From Trichosphaerium sp. ATCC 40318 (taxonomy: Eukaryota; Protista; Tubulinea): 43,116 bases of DNA. Positions 10,461-23,100 of this stretch are shown piece by piece; position 1 is the stretch's first letter, and the number at the start of each line of letters is the position of its first letter. The position numbers and the translations under genes are program-made. The stretch spans positions 1 to 43,116 of the forward strand of contig JALMLS010000209.1 of NCBI GenBank assembly GCA_038496445.1. The letters run 5' to 3'. The notes under the pieces were generated by a model that worked only from the letters and a program-made list of their open reading frames with translations, was not told the DNA's origin and ran no database searches.

Positions 10461-12169
10461 AGCGAAACAAGCACGAAACGGTTTTTCAAAATACAGTGTG
10501 AAAACAAAGAAAAACCCTTGGTTGGCAAAACCTATTTTCTTTGTAGTTTGTAGTAATGTAGAACGCTTTGTTTTCGCGGACTATTTTTTAACCCGAAAGG
10601 GAACACAAAGTATTATTATAACTACATTATCAAAACGAGAACCGGCAACGAATTCGTCGACCAGTTTTTACGCCAGGCAGACGCTGTAGTCACTTGTGGT
10701 TTTTTGTGTGATCACATGTTGAAATAGATTTTTTTCTCTTGCGTCTGTTGTTATTTTCTATCTTCCACTGGTTTCGTTTGTAACACTTTAGATTGGCAGG
10801 GTAGGCGATGGCTATTTAAATTGCACTGTTTTTGCGCTAAACAGAACCAACAACACTGGGGCATGAAAACGGCACCAAAGAACTCTTTACGCACCACAAT
10901 GCTACTCTACTCTCCGAAGAACATGTACTACAACAGTTTTTTTCTGCTATTTTGTGTATCTACGACGTAGAAGATTAATAGAGTGCCAACAAGGCGTTGT
11001 ATTGAAATAATTTTAGTGTGCGGTTGTTATTGATCATAAAGAATGCTTCCCTACGTCTCATAGACGTCACCGCTTCGTTCCAATTTGTTTTTGTTGAGGG
11101 TTTGGTAATTTACTGTGGTTACTTTGTAATCAAGCTAACATGCAGTCTGTACATTGCCCTACCACGGCGGATACCCGATATATAGTGTTACTAGTATTGA
11201 GCACTAACAACCATCAGTATTTTGCAACAACTTTTTTTTTGACATGACGTGTGCCTATGATCTTTGTAGCAACCATGAACGCTTCCACCCATTTGTTGTC
11301 TAAACCTTAATGATGTAGTATCCGCAATCCGTGTCATTCAGGTTTGAATAGTTGGATCTAGTTTATATGCTCTCCTCCGTGTACAGCTTCGCTTTGGTAG
11401 CTTGTTTCATTCAATATGAGGCTCCTTGATACGGTAACATATATGTTTAGAAGTCAAAAATTGGTTTATCTTTTTTTTTTTTTTGGGTTTTTTCTTCTTC
11501 GCTTTTTTACTGTGTTTGTAGATGGAGAACTCGCTAAGAAGCATTATGAACATATGCAAAATAAGATAGAGGCTCTTGAGAAACAAAATCAAGAGCTTGC
11601 TAGCAAGGTCAAGAACCAAATGACTGAACAAGAGCTCATGATTAAAAGATTGAAAGAAGAAAATGAACGTCTCCGAGAAAAGACAGTCTGCTTTTTTTTG
11701 TGACGTCTACAAAAACGTTTTCTCGTTCAATGAAAACCAAGTGGAGAAAATATTTTTATTGCAGTTTTATACGCACATATACATGTCGCATTAGTGTGCA
11801 AAGAATCAGGTCAAAAATCGATTTTTCAAGCCAGATATTATGACTTCTTTATGGTTTTTTTGAGCCAAAAACGAGGAATGTTTACAAATCTTTTTCTCAT
11901 TGAAAATACAAAACAGTGTGTATTGACATGTAGATCTGTTGTGGAAAAAATCAGAACTGAACTTGAATGTGTTTGCCATAAATGGTACCTTTCTTATTTT
12001 TTTCTGTATTTTCGCTGTGAAAATTTGTTGTGTCATTGGCAGGATGTTATGGATTTATTTGAGCACACTGACCATTCAAAGATACCGACGGTAATAATAG
12101 TATTTACATGCTGATGTCTCAACCTTTTAGTCGTTATGGTGACCGTTACAGGTCCATCGCTGCAGTATT

Positions 12170-13460
12170 TTATGCAGTTACAATATGTTCCTTTGAACTT
12201 TGTTCATGTTTGCATAGCTCTTTTCTAGTGTTATCAACCTTATTATTTGCTTCTTGTAACTCTAGTTCAATTCCATGTTACATTAACACTCTTGTCTAGG
12301 GATATTTATTTTCCATGAAATCAGCTTACAGTAATGTAAGGTTGGTTTTTGGAATTGTCAGTTTGTTGGATGATGGTTACCTTTTGGTCAGGGATATACT
12401 TTGCAGTACACTACAAAATACACAGTGCTCTCATACCTACTTCTTACACTTAGAGAAGTATAAACCATGATTGTTCATATGATATTTAGGAAAGAATGAA
12501 AAAAACTCATCTTGAGTCTTGTCACTCCTGGCAATACCATAGGTTTGGTTACTATGTAAGTGGTCCCAACAACTCAAGTATAGACATTTAGCAGGAGTTT
12601 ACAATAGTATAAAAAATATGCAGTAAACCTCTGGATGTATATCCTGTAAGTACACAAACAAGTCTTTACTTTGAACTAGCTACTAATTATGAAAGGCACA
12701 AGCACCGACAAGTTAAGAGAACAGCCAATAAAATCAGCCTACTACCAAGTTCATTACAAATTGATAGCTAGGGAAAGACCTCTTGAAGACATGTTGGTAA
12801 GCAATGTCAAAAACCAATTTATGATATTTCTGTTGAGATTTCAAAGTATAGAGCTCTATGCGTTGGTAGCTTCACTTGTATTTCTTTAGAAAAATATTTG
12901 AAAAAGTCAACAATTAATGGCTGCACTGAGAGTAGGCTCCGTACCTGTAACGCCTCTTGCTGACACTGTAAAAGAGTACTTAAACCATCCAGTACGCAGA
13001 AGGCATCACAAAAAGTACTAAAGGAGAATGTAGGACACCATTGACATGCCGTCTGCCATGACACATCCAGTCACACCTCGAGATAGTATAAAAGCAATGG
13101 TAATCTGTTCAGTATGTACTTCACCATGCAATTTTTATTGGCTACCTTGTTTCTGTCTATGTGTCAATAAAGGTATCCTTCACCTATACTATTCTTTATG
13201 TATAAAATGAACATCTTAGGTACATATTATAACTGGAACTATACCAGACGCTATTCAGGGATTTGTAACAACAAGGTGCTTCTCCCTTGTTTCTACAAGG
13301 AATAAATGGCAAAAAAAAGTTTCTCCAAAAGTAATAGTTTGGTGTCAGTGGTAGATGTTACTCTATGTTCCTTAGTTATAAACAGAATAGCTTATCTATG
13401 CGTGCTGTTAAAAGAACTAGTGCTATTTCTTGTTCTCATTTTAGAGACCAAAATGAGTAT
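12170..13460 (-). pseudogene. Degenerate multi-exon gene of unknown function ending in a coiled coil
   Basis: Several GT..AG-bounded segments on the minus strand. The last segment reads GIELELQEANNKVDNTRKELCKHEQSSKEHIVTA*. A partial paralog lies at ~26275-26860. Confidence 0.35.
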
Positions 13461-15399
13461 CAGAACATTAAATTATTTCACCTGCAACTTACTTTTGCAA
13501 ACAATGATCGAGATTTATTATATATCTCGCTTGTTGTAATAAATTCTCTAGCAATAATATTCTTCCACTCGCATGATCTATGACGGAAATAGGGAAGAAC
13601 CATCTTTTGTCCTAAAATGCGGAGTAAGTGCGGTGACTTCTCAAAGACGCTTCAAAATCTAACGTAAAGAAAGTTTCTCGGTGCGTTTTAATAAAACTAC
13701 GGCGAAAGGTCTGTATTTCAAAGTCTTTTTTGGGCAAACCAAATAATACAATCTCATGTATAAAACAAACCTATTCCTTTCAATGATGCGTATTTTTGGG
13801 CGTCACGTTACACTTGATGTTATGTTAAGCCAAAATTGCGTAAAGTTTGACACATGTCAAAATGTCTACATTTTTGTCGATGCCTTTTTGCGGGTATGTA
13901 CATTAGGATGTGAATACCTAGTGTGCTAGGCGGTTTTTTTCAATCCAATTGGAGAGCTGCAGTACCGATAGCACTAATTAGGAATAAAACTACGACTAAA
14001 GTCTGATTTCAAAGAACACTGAGCGAATGTGACAAATGTTAGATTTGATTTCTCTTGTTACTTTTCTAACCATGTTACCAAGTTAGCGCGCAATCGACTA
14101 CAATTCAGAGGAATAAACGTAGTGTTAAAAGTCCACAGACTTTCTAAAAACAAATAGCCTAGACAAGAACAGACGCACACAAAAACTGTTGATCGCTGGG
14201 CACAAGAAGTCTAGCTAGTCGTTGTCTACTAACAGCGAACTTTTTAAAAGCTATAACATCCAAAGTATGGGACGATGCAACTAACGCAATATGTACATAA
14301 TCAGTATAGTGCAATGCAGGAGCGACCAAAGTTAATTTACTTGTACACGCACGGAATGTGTGTTTTCTCTGCTAGAGTACTTGTGCTTTGCAACCCTTAT
14401 CGTCTTGGGGTGGCGAGTTACGCTTTGGCTGATAGCTACTACGATATTTCACACGGCGTAGAAAGATGAATTTACTGAGCAAAGACCTAGTACTAGTAAC
14501 ATGAAAAGCTACTAATTGTTATTGAGAAAGAACTTACAAAACTACCGGTAAAGAAAAAGCATGACTTTGCTTCTTGTGGAGGAAAGAACTACGCTGCAAC
14601 AACATGGAGTACTGGCTGAACTCTGTTTAGCCTTTATTGTAGAGGTATCCCATTCGTAGGTGATAAGGGTTTACTGTTACCCGTGCAGCTCCGTTGTGGT
14701 TTATTCTTTTCGCCATCATACTGACAAAGCACCAGCGAGCGATCCTTTGAAAAAGGCTCTCCCTCAAACCATCTTATAATTTTGTGAGCTGTTTTATTGT
14801 AACGTTGCAAACATGCGCGCATACAAGTGTTGAGGGTGCAATTGTGCTATTGCAAACCATAAAATGGCCGTTTGCCACAAAACTAATCGCCCGTACGTTT
14901 ACGCAATCAAAAAACGCTGTGATGTTCTGTACGAAAGCTTCAATTAGAGCTCTATCACTTGGTAGTTTCAACACAAATAGGCCTCTCCTTGCATAAGCCA
15001 GCAACGGATGTAAAATCTATCGCTCGCGCATAATGCAAGTAGAAAATAGGAGCGGGCTGGCAATTGCCGTGCCAAAGCTCCAAATAGGTCTATCGTTCGT
15101 TTCAGTGTAACAATCGTGGTTTCAAACTGCACTGTTTCATTGCACTGCTTAATAATGAAGGCACATGGTCATAGTGCAAACGTTAGAACTAGTTTTGCAT
15201 TATGTATTTCCTTTGAGTAGATATCGCGTGTACGGAATCAACAACCATAATTCCCAGGCTCGACAAAAGTAGATAAATTACATCAGTAGTACAAACGCTT
15301 GGCGTATGTCAAACAAATTTCAAACTACTTCTAATATGTTCTTTATTGTTTTGCAATTTTCTAAAAGCACACTTTGAGTTAGCAAGCCTTATTACTTTC

Positions 15400-16360
15400 T
15401 ACATCCGTTGTTGCTCCGAAGTACTGAACAATAGAAGTTGCAAAGAACTGGTTTTTCATTCTGGAATTTTTTAAGCTTTATTATTTTCTAATCACTCAGG
15501 ATTTGTCGATTTGTCAGTCTATCAATGAGTATGTCTTTGTTTCCTTGCTTTTTGAGGCAATATACTACAATATCCTTGTAAGAATACTTTTTTTAATGTT
15601 TTCAACCTTTCTGGGGTCACGTGAGCGCGTCCTTCTGTAACTTTGTTGTTTTTTACAAGAATCACATCCATTGTTCAGCCTTAGACTTTTTCCTCAACGT
15701 CTTATCGTCCCAATTGAGGCATTCAGAGTGGAACCATAGATTGTAGTGATCACATAGAATCATCAGGTTGCCTTCAACTTCTTTTCTGTCATGTTGACAG
15801 TCTTCAAAGCATGGTTTTGTTGCTATTCTCCACTTATTTAAAGGTAGATTTTATCCAAGTTTATCAAATAGTTTCTTCTTGTGGGTGCTTGGAAGAGCAA
15901 CAGTAACGACTCCAGTTTTACTTTGTTGAGAATGCACAGCTACCCAATCTACAAATTGATTCTCCATGAATCTCGAATCCAGTACTTATTTTATTGTTCA
16001 AATTTTAGAATCAATTTTTTTGCAGCATACAGGAAAAACTGGCTGCGACCCCAGTGAGGAATGATACCGAGTATGTAAGGCTTTTTACCATATTTTTCGC
16101 AGAATAGAGCTTGTACATAGATCATCAAACCATTTGGATGTGGTTTTCCTTTTATGCACTAAATAACATCATCATAATTTCTTTCGCCACTTCTTTGCTC
16201 ACAAAGCCACATTGTTCCTATAAACTTCATAACTTCCTTAGGTTTGATTGCAGTGTCCCACCTGGTTTTTTTTTCGACCTTGCGAGCACGTGGTCATTTT
16301 TTTTTTTGAATCAAACGCGAATAGATATGTAAGAAGCACACCATCAGTCCGTTTGATTCG
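15400..16360 (-). pseudogene. piggyBac-like transposase remnant (copy A)
   Basis: Paralogous to 28980-30023 with KPVLCNFY and LDSRFM motifs, more decayed. Confidence 0.6.
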
Positions 16361-16839
16361 TGAAAAATGATGCAAGTATGGTTGGGATATTTGCAAAACA
16401 TTAGGTAGAGTTATTTTCCCTTCCAACGTAAAGTAGCTCAGTTCTTATCGTAGATCCGTTACCTGGTAAGAAATTATTTACTACTAACCTCATCGTAACC
16501 TGGTTATTCTTGGCATTCTTATCAAATGGTGTTGGAAACTCTATAATCGCGCCAGACATGGGATGGGTTTTTTCCGGCTCTCTGTTGTCAGGCAATTCAT
16601 CAAACATGACGTATATGAAAACTGTATTAATATTGGATTCTGTCACTGTGCGGTCAGCCATAAGGCTTTACCTACCACTGAACTTTGTAACTGTATTCTT
16701 TTAACCTTAGACTAAATAAAATCAAATCAAAAATCAAATTGTGATAATCCGAAGATCCGAAGAGATGATGCAATTAAGAATAAAAAGAGCTTAAAAGAGA
16801 ACTACAATTTCGTATTGTAAGTCGCTTGTAACAATAACT

Positions 16840-17672
16840 TCAATAGTCATTGCTACGCAGGACAATGAAGCAGAGTTATTGTGGGAAAATGAGAAAAATA
16901 ACAACGTAAAGGCGGGCTTACTAACTCATTACCCAACATGGCCTACCAGTGGCACAACAAGGGATTTGACTCTAAGGGCAAAATGCATGAGCTTATTCAA
17001 ACTCCTACAGGGGAGTTTAGGCTCAAGGATTTAAAGGCTCAGAGGACTTTTGTTTATGAAGGGAAAAAACAAGGTATCCATATTTAATCATATATTTTAA
17101 TCATATAATAATTTTAAATGCCTTGAAACCTCAAAATAGGGTTGTTATGGGGCCTAAGCGTGTATTGGCTCATGACTTCAGCTGGATTCCAAAGGAGATA
17201 GTGGAGGAAAACTACTCTTACATTTATTATTACGGCAATTGGAATAGTAAGTAGTTTTTTTTTTGTATGGGTTACCTTTACCTTATTTGGTAACTGACTG
17301 CATATTGTAGGGAAAGGCACTTGCTACATAGCACACCCCTCCACTGTCCGCATCAATAGGCTACTACTATGCTAAGTGGAGCAATGCTGGAGTATACATT
17401 AACCTTCTACATTTGTTTATGGAGAGGGAATATGATGTTACCATTTATGATACTGATGCTGATGGGGAGTGGGTAGTATGACCGGTGTTCCTAGAGATGA
17501 GATAGATGGCAGTCATTTGTGCCATTGTAAGGGCTGTATGACTAAAGGCCATCAAGCTTTTGAGCCTTTTACTGTAAACACCAGTAGAAGAGCATGCCAA
17601 ATTGCTGGAAAATGTTCTATGGACCACAGCTACGTTTCTTGTGTGAACTGCGTTTTTGGTAGATATGAATAA
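16840..17672 (+). pseudogene. Free-standing His-Cys box (I-PpoI-family, His-Me finger) endonuclease gene with spliceosomal introns and frameshifts
   Basis: The C-terminus SHLCHCKGCMTKGHQAFEPFTVNTSRRACQIAGKCSMDHSYVSC matches SHLCH..C....H...E....N..R..C.....C..H...C. Probable introns are ~17074-17138 and ~17247-17310, with a frameshift near 17465. The start is uncertain. Confidence 0.75.
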
Positions 17673-18023
17673 ATGGGTTTTTTTTTTTTTTGACTATGGT
17701 TACCTTTCCTTTTTTACACGCGGACCCAAGCCATTGCCTGAAGCCGAGAGTTATAAGAAAAGAAATCTTATTTTCAGTACATTCGCAATTTTGATCTTAT
17801 TGCTACTGCTGGATTATGTTGTATCACCATTGGACACGAGTTCACTAAGGTTTATAGTCTGCTTTTACATTGGTTTGTTAAAACAAGTTGTAGGCAGTAC
17901 CAACAACTATGTAAAGTTGTTGCAAAAGTACTGATTCACTCGTTACATGTGCCGTTATGACAGCTTTGGATAACTTTGGAAGATAGCTCAATATCATACC
18001 GCAACGAACGTATTGTGTATTAC

Positions 18024-18267
18024 GACAATAAAGGCAATGAAAACTAAAATCGCTTGGTTTGCTCTTTAAACCTGCAATGTAACTAGTAAGCTCTAATTAT
18101 AATTAGCGCGTAGATAGCGTTTAATGGCGTAGTTGGTTGCTATTTCATACTTTATGTTTTAATCTTTCGCTCCATTACGCTATATTTTAATTGCTACGAT
18201 ACGTGACAGAAGCGTCGGATAGAAAAAAAAACCTTATAAACAAATACAGTGAGCAAAAATCTATCTT
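18024..18267 (+). repeat. 244-bp direct repeat, copy 1 (putative long target-site duplication)
   Basis: Matches 18885-19128 with one mismatch seen. The paralogous region (~30984-31217) has a single copy. Confidence 0.92.
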
Positions 18268-18884
18268 GACATGCTAAAGTACTTTTAGTCACACCGCTGG
18301 CCTTTCTTTTGTATTTCGTTGGACACCTCACTATTTCTACGTCTACGGCCATTGAACATGCTTGTAACTCAAACATTATTAGCAGGTAATGAAACTAGAT
18401 GTCAATGAAGATAGCAAGGTCAGATTTTTGAAATAATTTCTTTTTTTTTTTTTTTTTTTTTTTTGGTACTTCCTTTTCGTATAATCACGTGCGCAATGAA
18501 TATGTTTCCACAAGTGTAGATAGCTTTGCTATGAGGAACATTTCTTTTGAAGCTGGGACTGGACCATTTCTATGCACTTGAGCAATACAGTAATTAAACA
18601 GATAGCAACAAATTGTCCATGAAAACGTTAACCTCAGAACCATAATCAAATTGCTGACCATTAATAGAACATACGCATATGCCGGACGACAAGGTTGGTT
18701 AAAAAAAAATGGGCAAAAGAAATTGTTTTATTTTCATCTGTACGATTGGTTCTGTTCCATGACATGATGTCCTCCTGTAACTTTCTGTACACGCATGTCA
18801 ATCTGTAAGTCGTCTTCCATGTAAACCCCCCTATATGTAATAAAGTAGGCGCTAGCGCGCTGCCTCTTGTTCTAAAAAAAAAAA
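18268..18884 (+). mobile_element. 617-bp poly(A)-ended retroposed insert with a LINE-like 3' end
   Basis: Ends in AATAAAG..AGGC...GCCTCTTGTT-A11, like the LINE end at 724-768. It is absent from copy B and has an internal T24 run at 18441-18464. Confidence 0.65.
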
Positions 18885-19128
18885 GACAATAAAGGCAATG
18901 AAAACTAAAATCGCTTGGTTTGCTCTTTAAACCTGCAATGTAACTAGTAAGCTCTAATTATAATTAGCGCGTAGATAGCGTTTAATGGCGTAGTTGGTTG
19001 CTATTTCATACTTTATGTTTTAATCTTTCGCTCCATTACCCTATATTTTAATTGCTACGATACGTGACAGAAGCGTCGGATAGAAAAAAAAACCTTATAA
19101 ACAAATACAGTGAGCAAAAATCTATCTT
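18885..19128 (+). repeat. 244-bp direct repeat, copy 2
   Basis: Begins immediately after the A11 tail and matches 18024-18267. Confidence 0.92.
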
Positions 19129-20129
19129 TCCCACGTGATTTTCAAAAAAAAGTAAATGATGTCCTGTAGCGTGGCGAGATGTGTCGTATATGAACACGTT
19201 CATATCCGTCATTCGTTATCTGAATATAACGAAGTCCCTTGTTTTGTAATAAGATTAATAAAATTAGAATTCTCCTTACCTCGTACCTGCAACAACTCGT
19301 CCTATAACCGTAGCTAAGTTATACGACACTTGCCTTGGTTAGCGACAACTAACGCAAAAGAATTCTAATAAGAAGAAATTGTTCGACAGAGTAAAATGCC
19401 TTCGTTTTGTAACTATGGAAAGAGCTTGATAGTTAGTATCTAGACAAAAACACCGGCGTGATCCTACTTTAAGGCTGTCGCTCAAACCCTTGTGAGCTAT
19501 TTTGTTTTGAGGTTGCATTGAGCGATAAATAGAGTTGTTCAACAAAGCGTATTCGCCCTTACACAAGCTATGTTCACCAAAACTCTGCATTTTGCGTTCG
19601 TATCACTTTTCACTATGCGCAAGTCAAAGTATTACAGCCCTCGCATTAGAATGGGGTAAAAACGCATACAATATATATCGCTCTTGCAATGTTTAACGCA
19701 AGCGGAAAAGTAAACTTTTGGATTAATCGTTGCGTGCTATCGCTGGTTTTCAGTTTAAGTCTCAATATGTGTCTGTCCTTCGTTTTTGTGCTTTATTTTG
19801 ACGCTTGTAGTATTTCGAACACTGCTTGATCATTTAGGCTGAAATGGGATAAAAATAACATGAATGTACTCTCCTAGCGCATGTGAGGAACACAAAACAC
19901 CTCAGTTGCGTTGTAACAGTTAAATACTGTAAAACGGCATAGTTTTTGTTTAAAGTGCTATCAAACGTTTCTGTAAGCGTAGAAATACGTATGAGCAGTA
20001 CTCTCACAGGTTGAAATCAGATTTTTTCAATTTACCGTACAGATAGCATTATTATACGATTTGATCGGTTGAAGCCTCACCGCAAGATACAGAAACAGTA
20101 AAAATCGGTTGTTCAAAGTGTCATTCTCG

Positions 20130-23100
20130 TTGTCATAGTGACGTAACATCAACTCTCACAATGTTCTGGATGGAAAATATTGGCGGCTCCTTGCCAACAA
20201 ACCGTTGATAGCGCCTAATAGAAGCTATCAACGGTATGACAATCAAAACTGCAACTTTGGCAATAATTTTCGGCGCAACAACTTTAATCAACGCCGTTTT
20301 ACCAAAAATCGAAACTTTAAGCGTAGTGATCAACGCCACAGCAACTCTTCTCGATTTTCTTGTTACAATGGAATTGACTCAGATTATCGATAAACTTTTG
20401 TATCGATAAATTTTTTGTTCCACTTGACCACGAACCACAAAGCCGGGAAGCTAGTTGATGCCGGTGAACCAGCCGGCATCAAGGGTCACCATAGAGGTCG
20501 GTCATTCAGCCGGCCTTGTAGTACCGACAATAGGTAAATGAATGCGGTAACTATACCAACTTACCCCCAATTCATGAGAACAGCATGTTCTCCCTGTCAT
20601 TCTTTGGAGCCTGAAGCCCTTGCACTTAATGAAATAGTTCTAGTGTTTTGATCCTGTTTGCTAGTTATGGGGACCAATACAACGTTATACATCCCTTTGA
20701 ATAGCTTTCTATGTCTGTCTTTTGTTGTTCAACCAACCCGAGTAGCAGAATACCTTTACAACACTAAACTAGCTCTAAAAATACTAGCCAAATTTGTCGC
20801 TAGTACAACTTACAAGCCTGTAAAAAGGTAACTCCAACTTTTGAAACAGTGTTGGCTCAAGTACAATGGTCAGTGGGCAAGATTCAGGCTATGGCTCTTG
20901 TAACTTGGATCATATCGTATATTTTTGAATCCAGCAATGTAGATAGGCATGTAAATTTATAAATTTATCACTTTTTCAATGTTGAATTTGTCACAACAAA
21001 AGTACTAGGAAACCTCAAAAGTAAAAAATTTGCAAAATACTGGTCATTACCTGTGCCTATAACGACTTCGCCACTAGCTACAACTTCCAATTGCAATACG
21101 AATTATACGTATGAAAACTGCTTGCTCAGAATGCTTTTGCGTAACAGCTAATGTATTTCTATTAACCTTGAATATGCCCGCTGAATCTGTGGGACTTTGC
21201 AAGGTATATCTCAAGGGAAAATAACATGCTAAGCCGTGAAATGTAACAAGTTACCAAAGCATAAATTTATAAATTTATGCTACTACCATAAACCAAAAGG
21301 AGCTTGCCTGATTTCCAGCTGGCAGTACTGAAGCCCGTATAGGTTTTTTACAAATACAACTTATTTAATTGGTAGTGTACATGCCTGTCAAGCATTGCAT
21401 AACCAACTATTTGAAAAATTTATAAATTTATTGATGATTTTTTTTAAGATACAGAACTTGACATAATGGCAGGGCGTATCACTGACAAACTTATTGATGT
21501 TGAGTTCAGGTAATCACAGTACAATCTCTTTTGTGCATATTCATAGATTGAGAAGACTCAGCGTAACCCTGTAAAAACGCGTAAGTAGTTTTTTTTTTGA
21601 CCAAGAATTTTGTAGCTAATCGACAAAGGATTGCTGCGTATCAGGCCGACTTAACTTTTATAAGAAGCCACTTGCAAACCCAAAAGGACTGCCACAATCT
21701 GAACTAGAAATACAACAACGCATGTATGCACTTGGTGCTGTTAATAACACCTTGAATAGTGTACAATAAACTTGCTGGTACGGTAAAGACAAGAGATTGA
21801 AGAAGAAAAAAACTACAGCAGGCCCGAAGAAAAGAACAGGACGGCACCCAGCAAAATACAATGAAGGCACAGAAGGGATTCATTCATTGCAAATATATAT
21901 AACGGGTCGCCCTTGAGACTAAAGAAACCAACAGAGCACTGGGATAGAGCAGACCCAACAGCACATCAACTTACTACCCAAATTATGAATCACAAAGTGA
22001 TTTCCCATGCTACTCGAGGTGGTACTCTCAATCCCAACGATAGACAAAACAGAACTTGAGGACATAGATCAGTACTTTGGCAGCGATCACAGTTCAGATA
22101 GTGACTTCCAGCAACACGATGAGGTAATAAAAGACTACAGTTTTTGTTACCTACGTTCTTTATTTACTGCCGGCAAATAGCCGAAAGTATATACAATACC
22201 AAGCCGGCTCTCAGAATAGAGACGGCAAAACGGCCGGAAAAATGCCTTCAGCGTTATGAAAAAAAATTATTAATAGCAAAAACTATCGATAATCTGAGTC
22301 AGTTCCAATAAAAAAAATACTTTTTATTCAAACAAAAATACACATTCTACTGCACCATGTCAATAGATCTCTCAGCACCATGCTTTAGTAGTTCGAGAAC
22401 TGTGTCACTCCTAACAATGACTCACTGACACTACAAACTGTCATTACTGCTCCTTGGCCAGCAACATGTCTAAGCCTTGTTGGGCTACTATTATGCCTAA
22501 CTTCAATGCCAACAACTCGTACTGTATTCAAGTTGATACAGCATCTGTTCTTATCAACCAGGGTTACATACTTTACCTTCGTAGCGACACTCTTTCTGCA
22601 ACTGTGTTTGCCTGGCACGATTTACTTCATTGGCCTGATGACGATGAAAATGAGCAACGTTAATACCGCCCTCGATTTATTTGAAGACAATTCTGACTGT
22701 GAGGACAAAGCACAAGAAGATACCATGCTTACAATGCTTATACTGTTGTGGGCAAGTTTCAGATACACAATGGTTTCATAAACCAAACCTGCCTTAAGTA
22801 CTTGCCCTCGACCGGCTAAAGACACTATCTGTTCAGGCTTAAGCACATAACAGAACCCAAAAATAAATAAACAACTTTTCTCATCTCGTTTTTCTATAGG
22901 ACTTTGGTCCACTATTAGTATTGATCAAAGAGAGCAGTTTTTGAAGCTCATTTAATCAAATCAACATTTGTTTAGTATAAACCTGACACTTCCAACATTG
23001 TCAGTACTAAAATTCGCCATCGTATTGACAGGTACAAACGCTCCTGTCAGCTGTACAGAAAGAGCTATTTCTAATGAGAATAGAAAGCATATCAACGACA

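Larger units (their letters stand above)
2627..19180 (+). repeat. Segmental duplication copy A (includes later insertions)
   Basis: Collinear with 23781-31270 from tgcgtaccgcagtggagtattcc to cctgtagcgtggcgagat, with many indels. Matching ORF pairs include 11794/25901, 12108/26214 and 14784/27875. Confidence 0.9.

Noticed and set aside
14634-15004. Overlapping short ORFs conserved with 27865-28104 as real genes
   Set aside because: The conservation is explained by the segmental duplication. No motif was recognised and the coding strand cannot be determined.
19181-19329. Possible small MITE bounded by GTGTCGTATA / TATACGACAC
   Set aside because: Only a 10-bp inverted match with no TSD and no second copy in the window.
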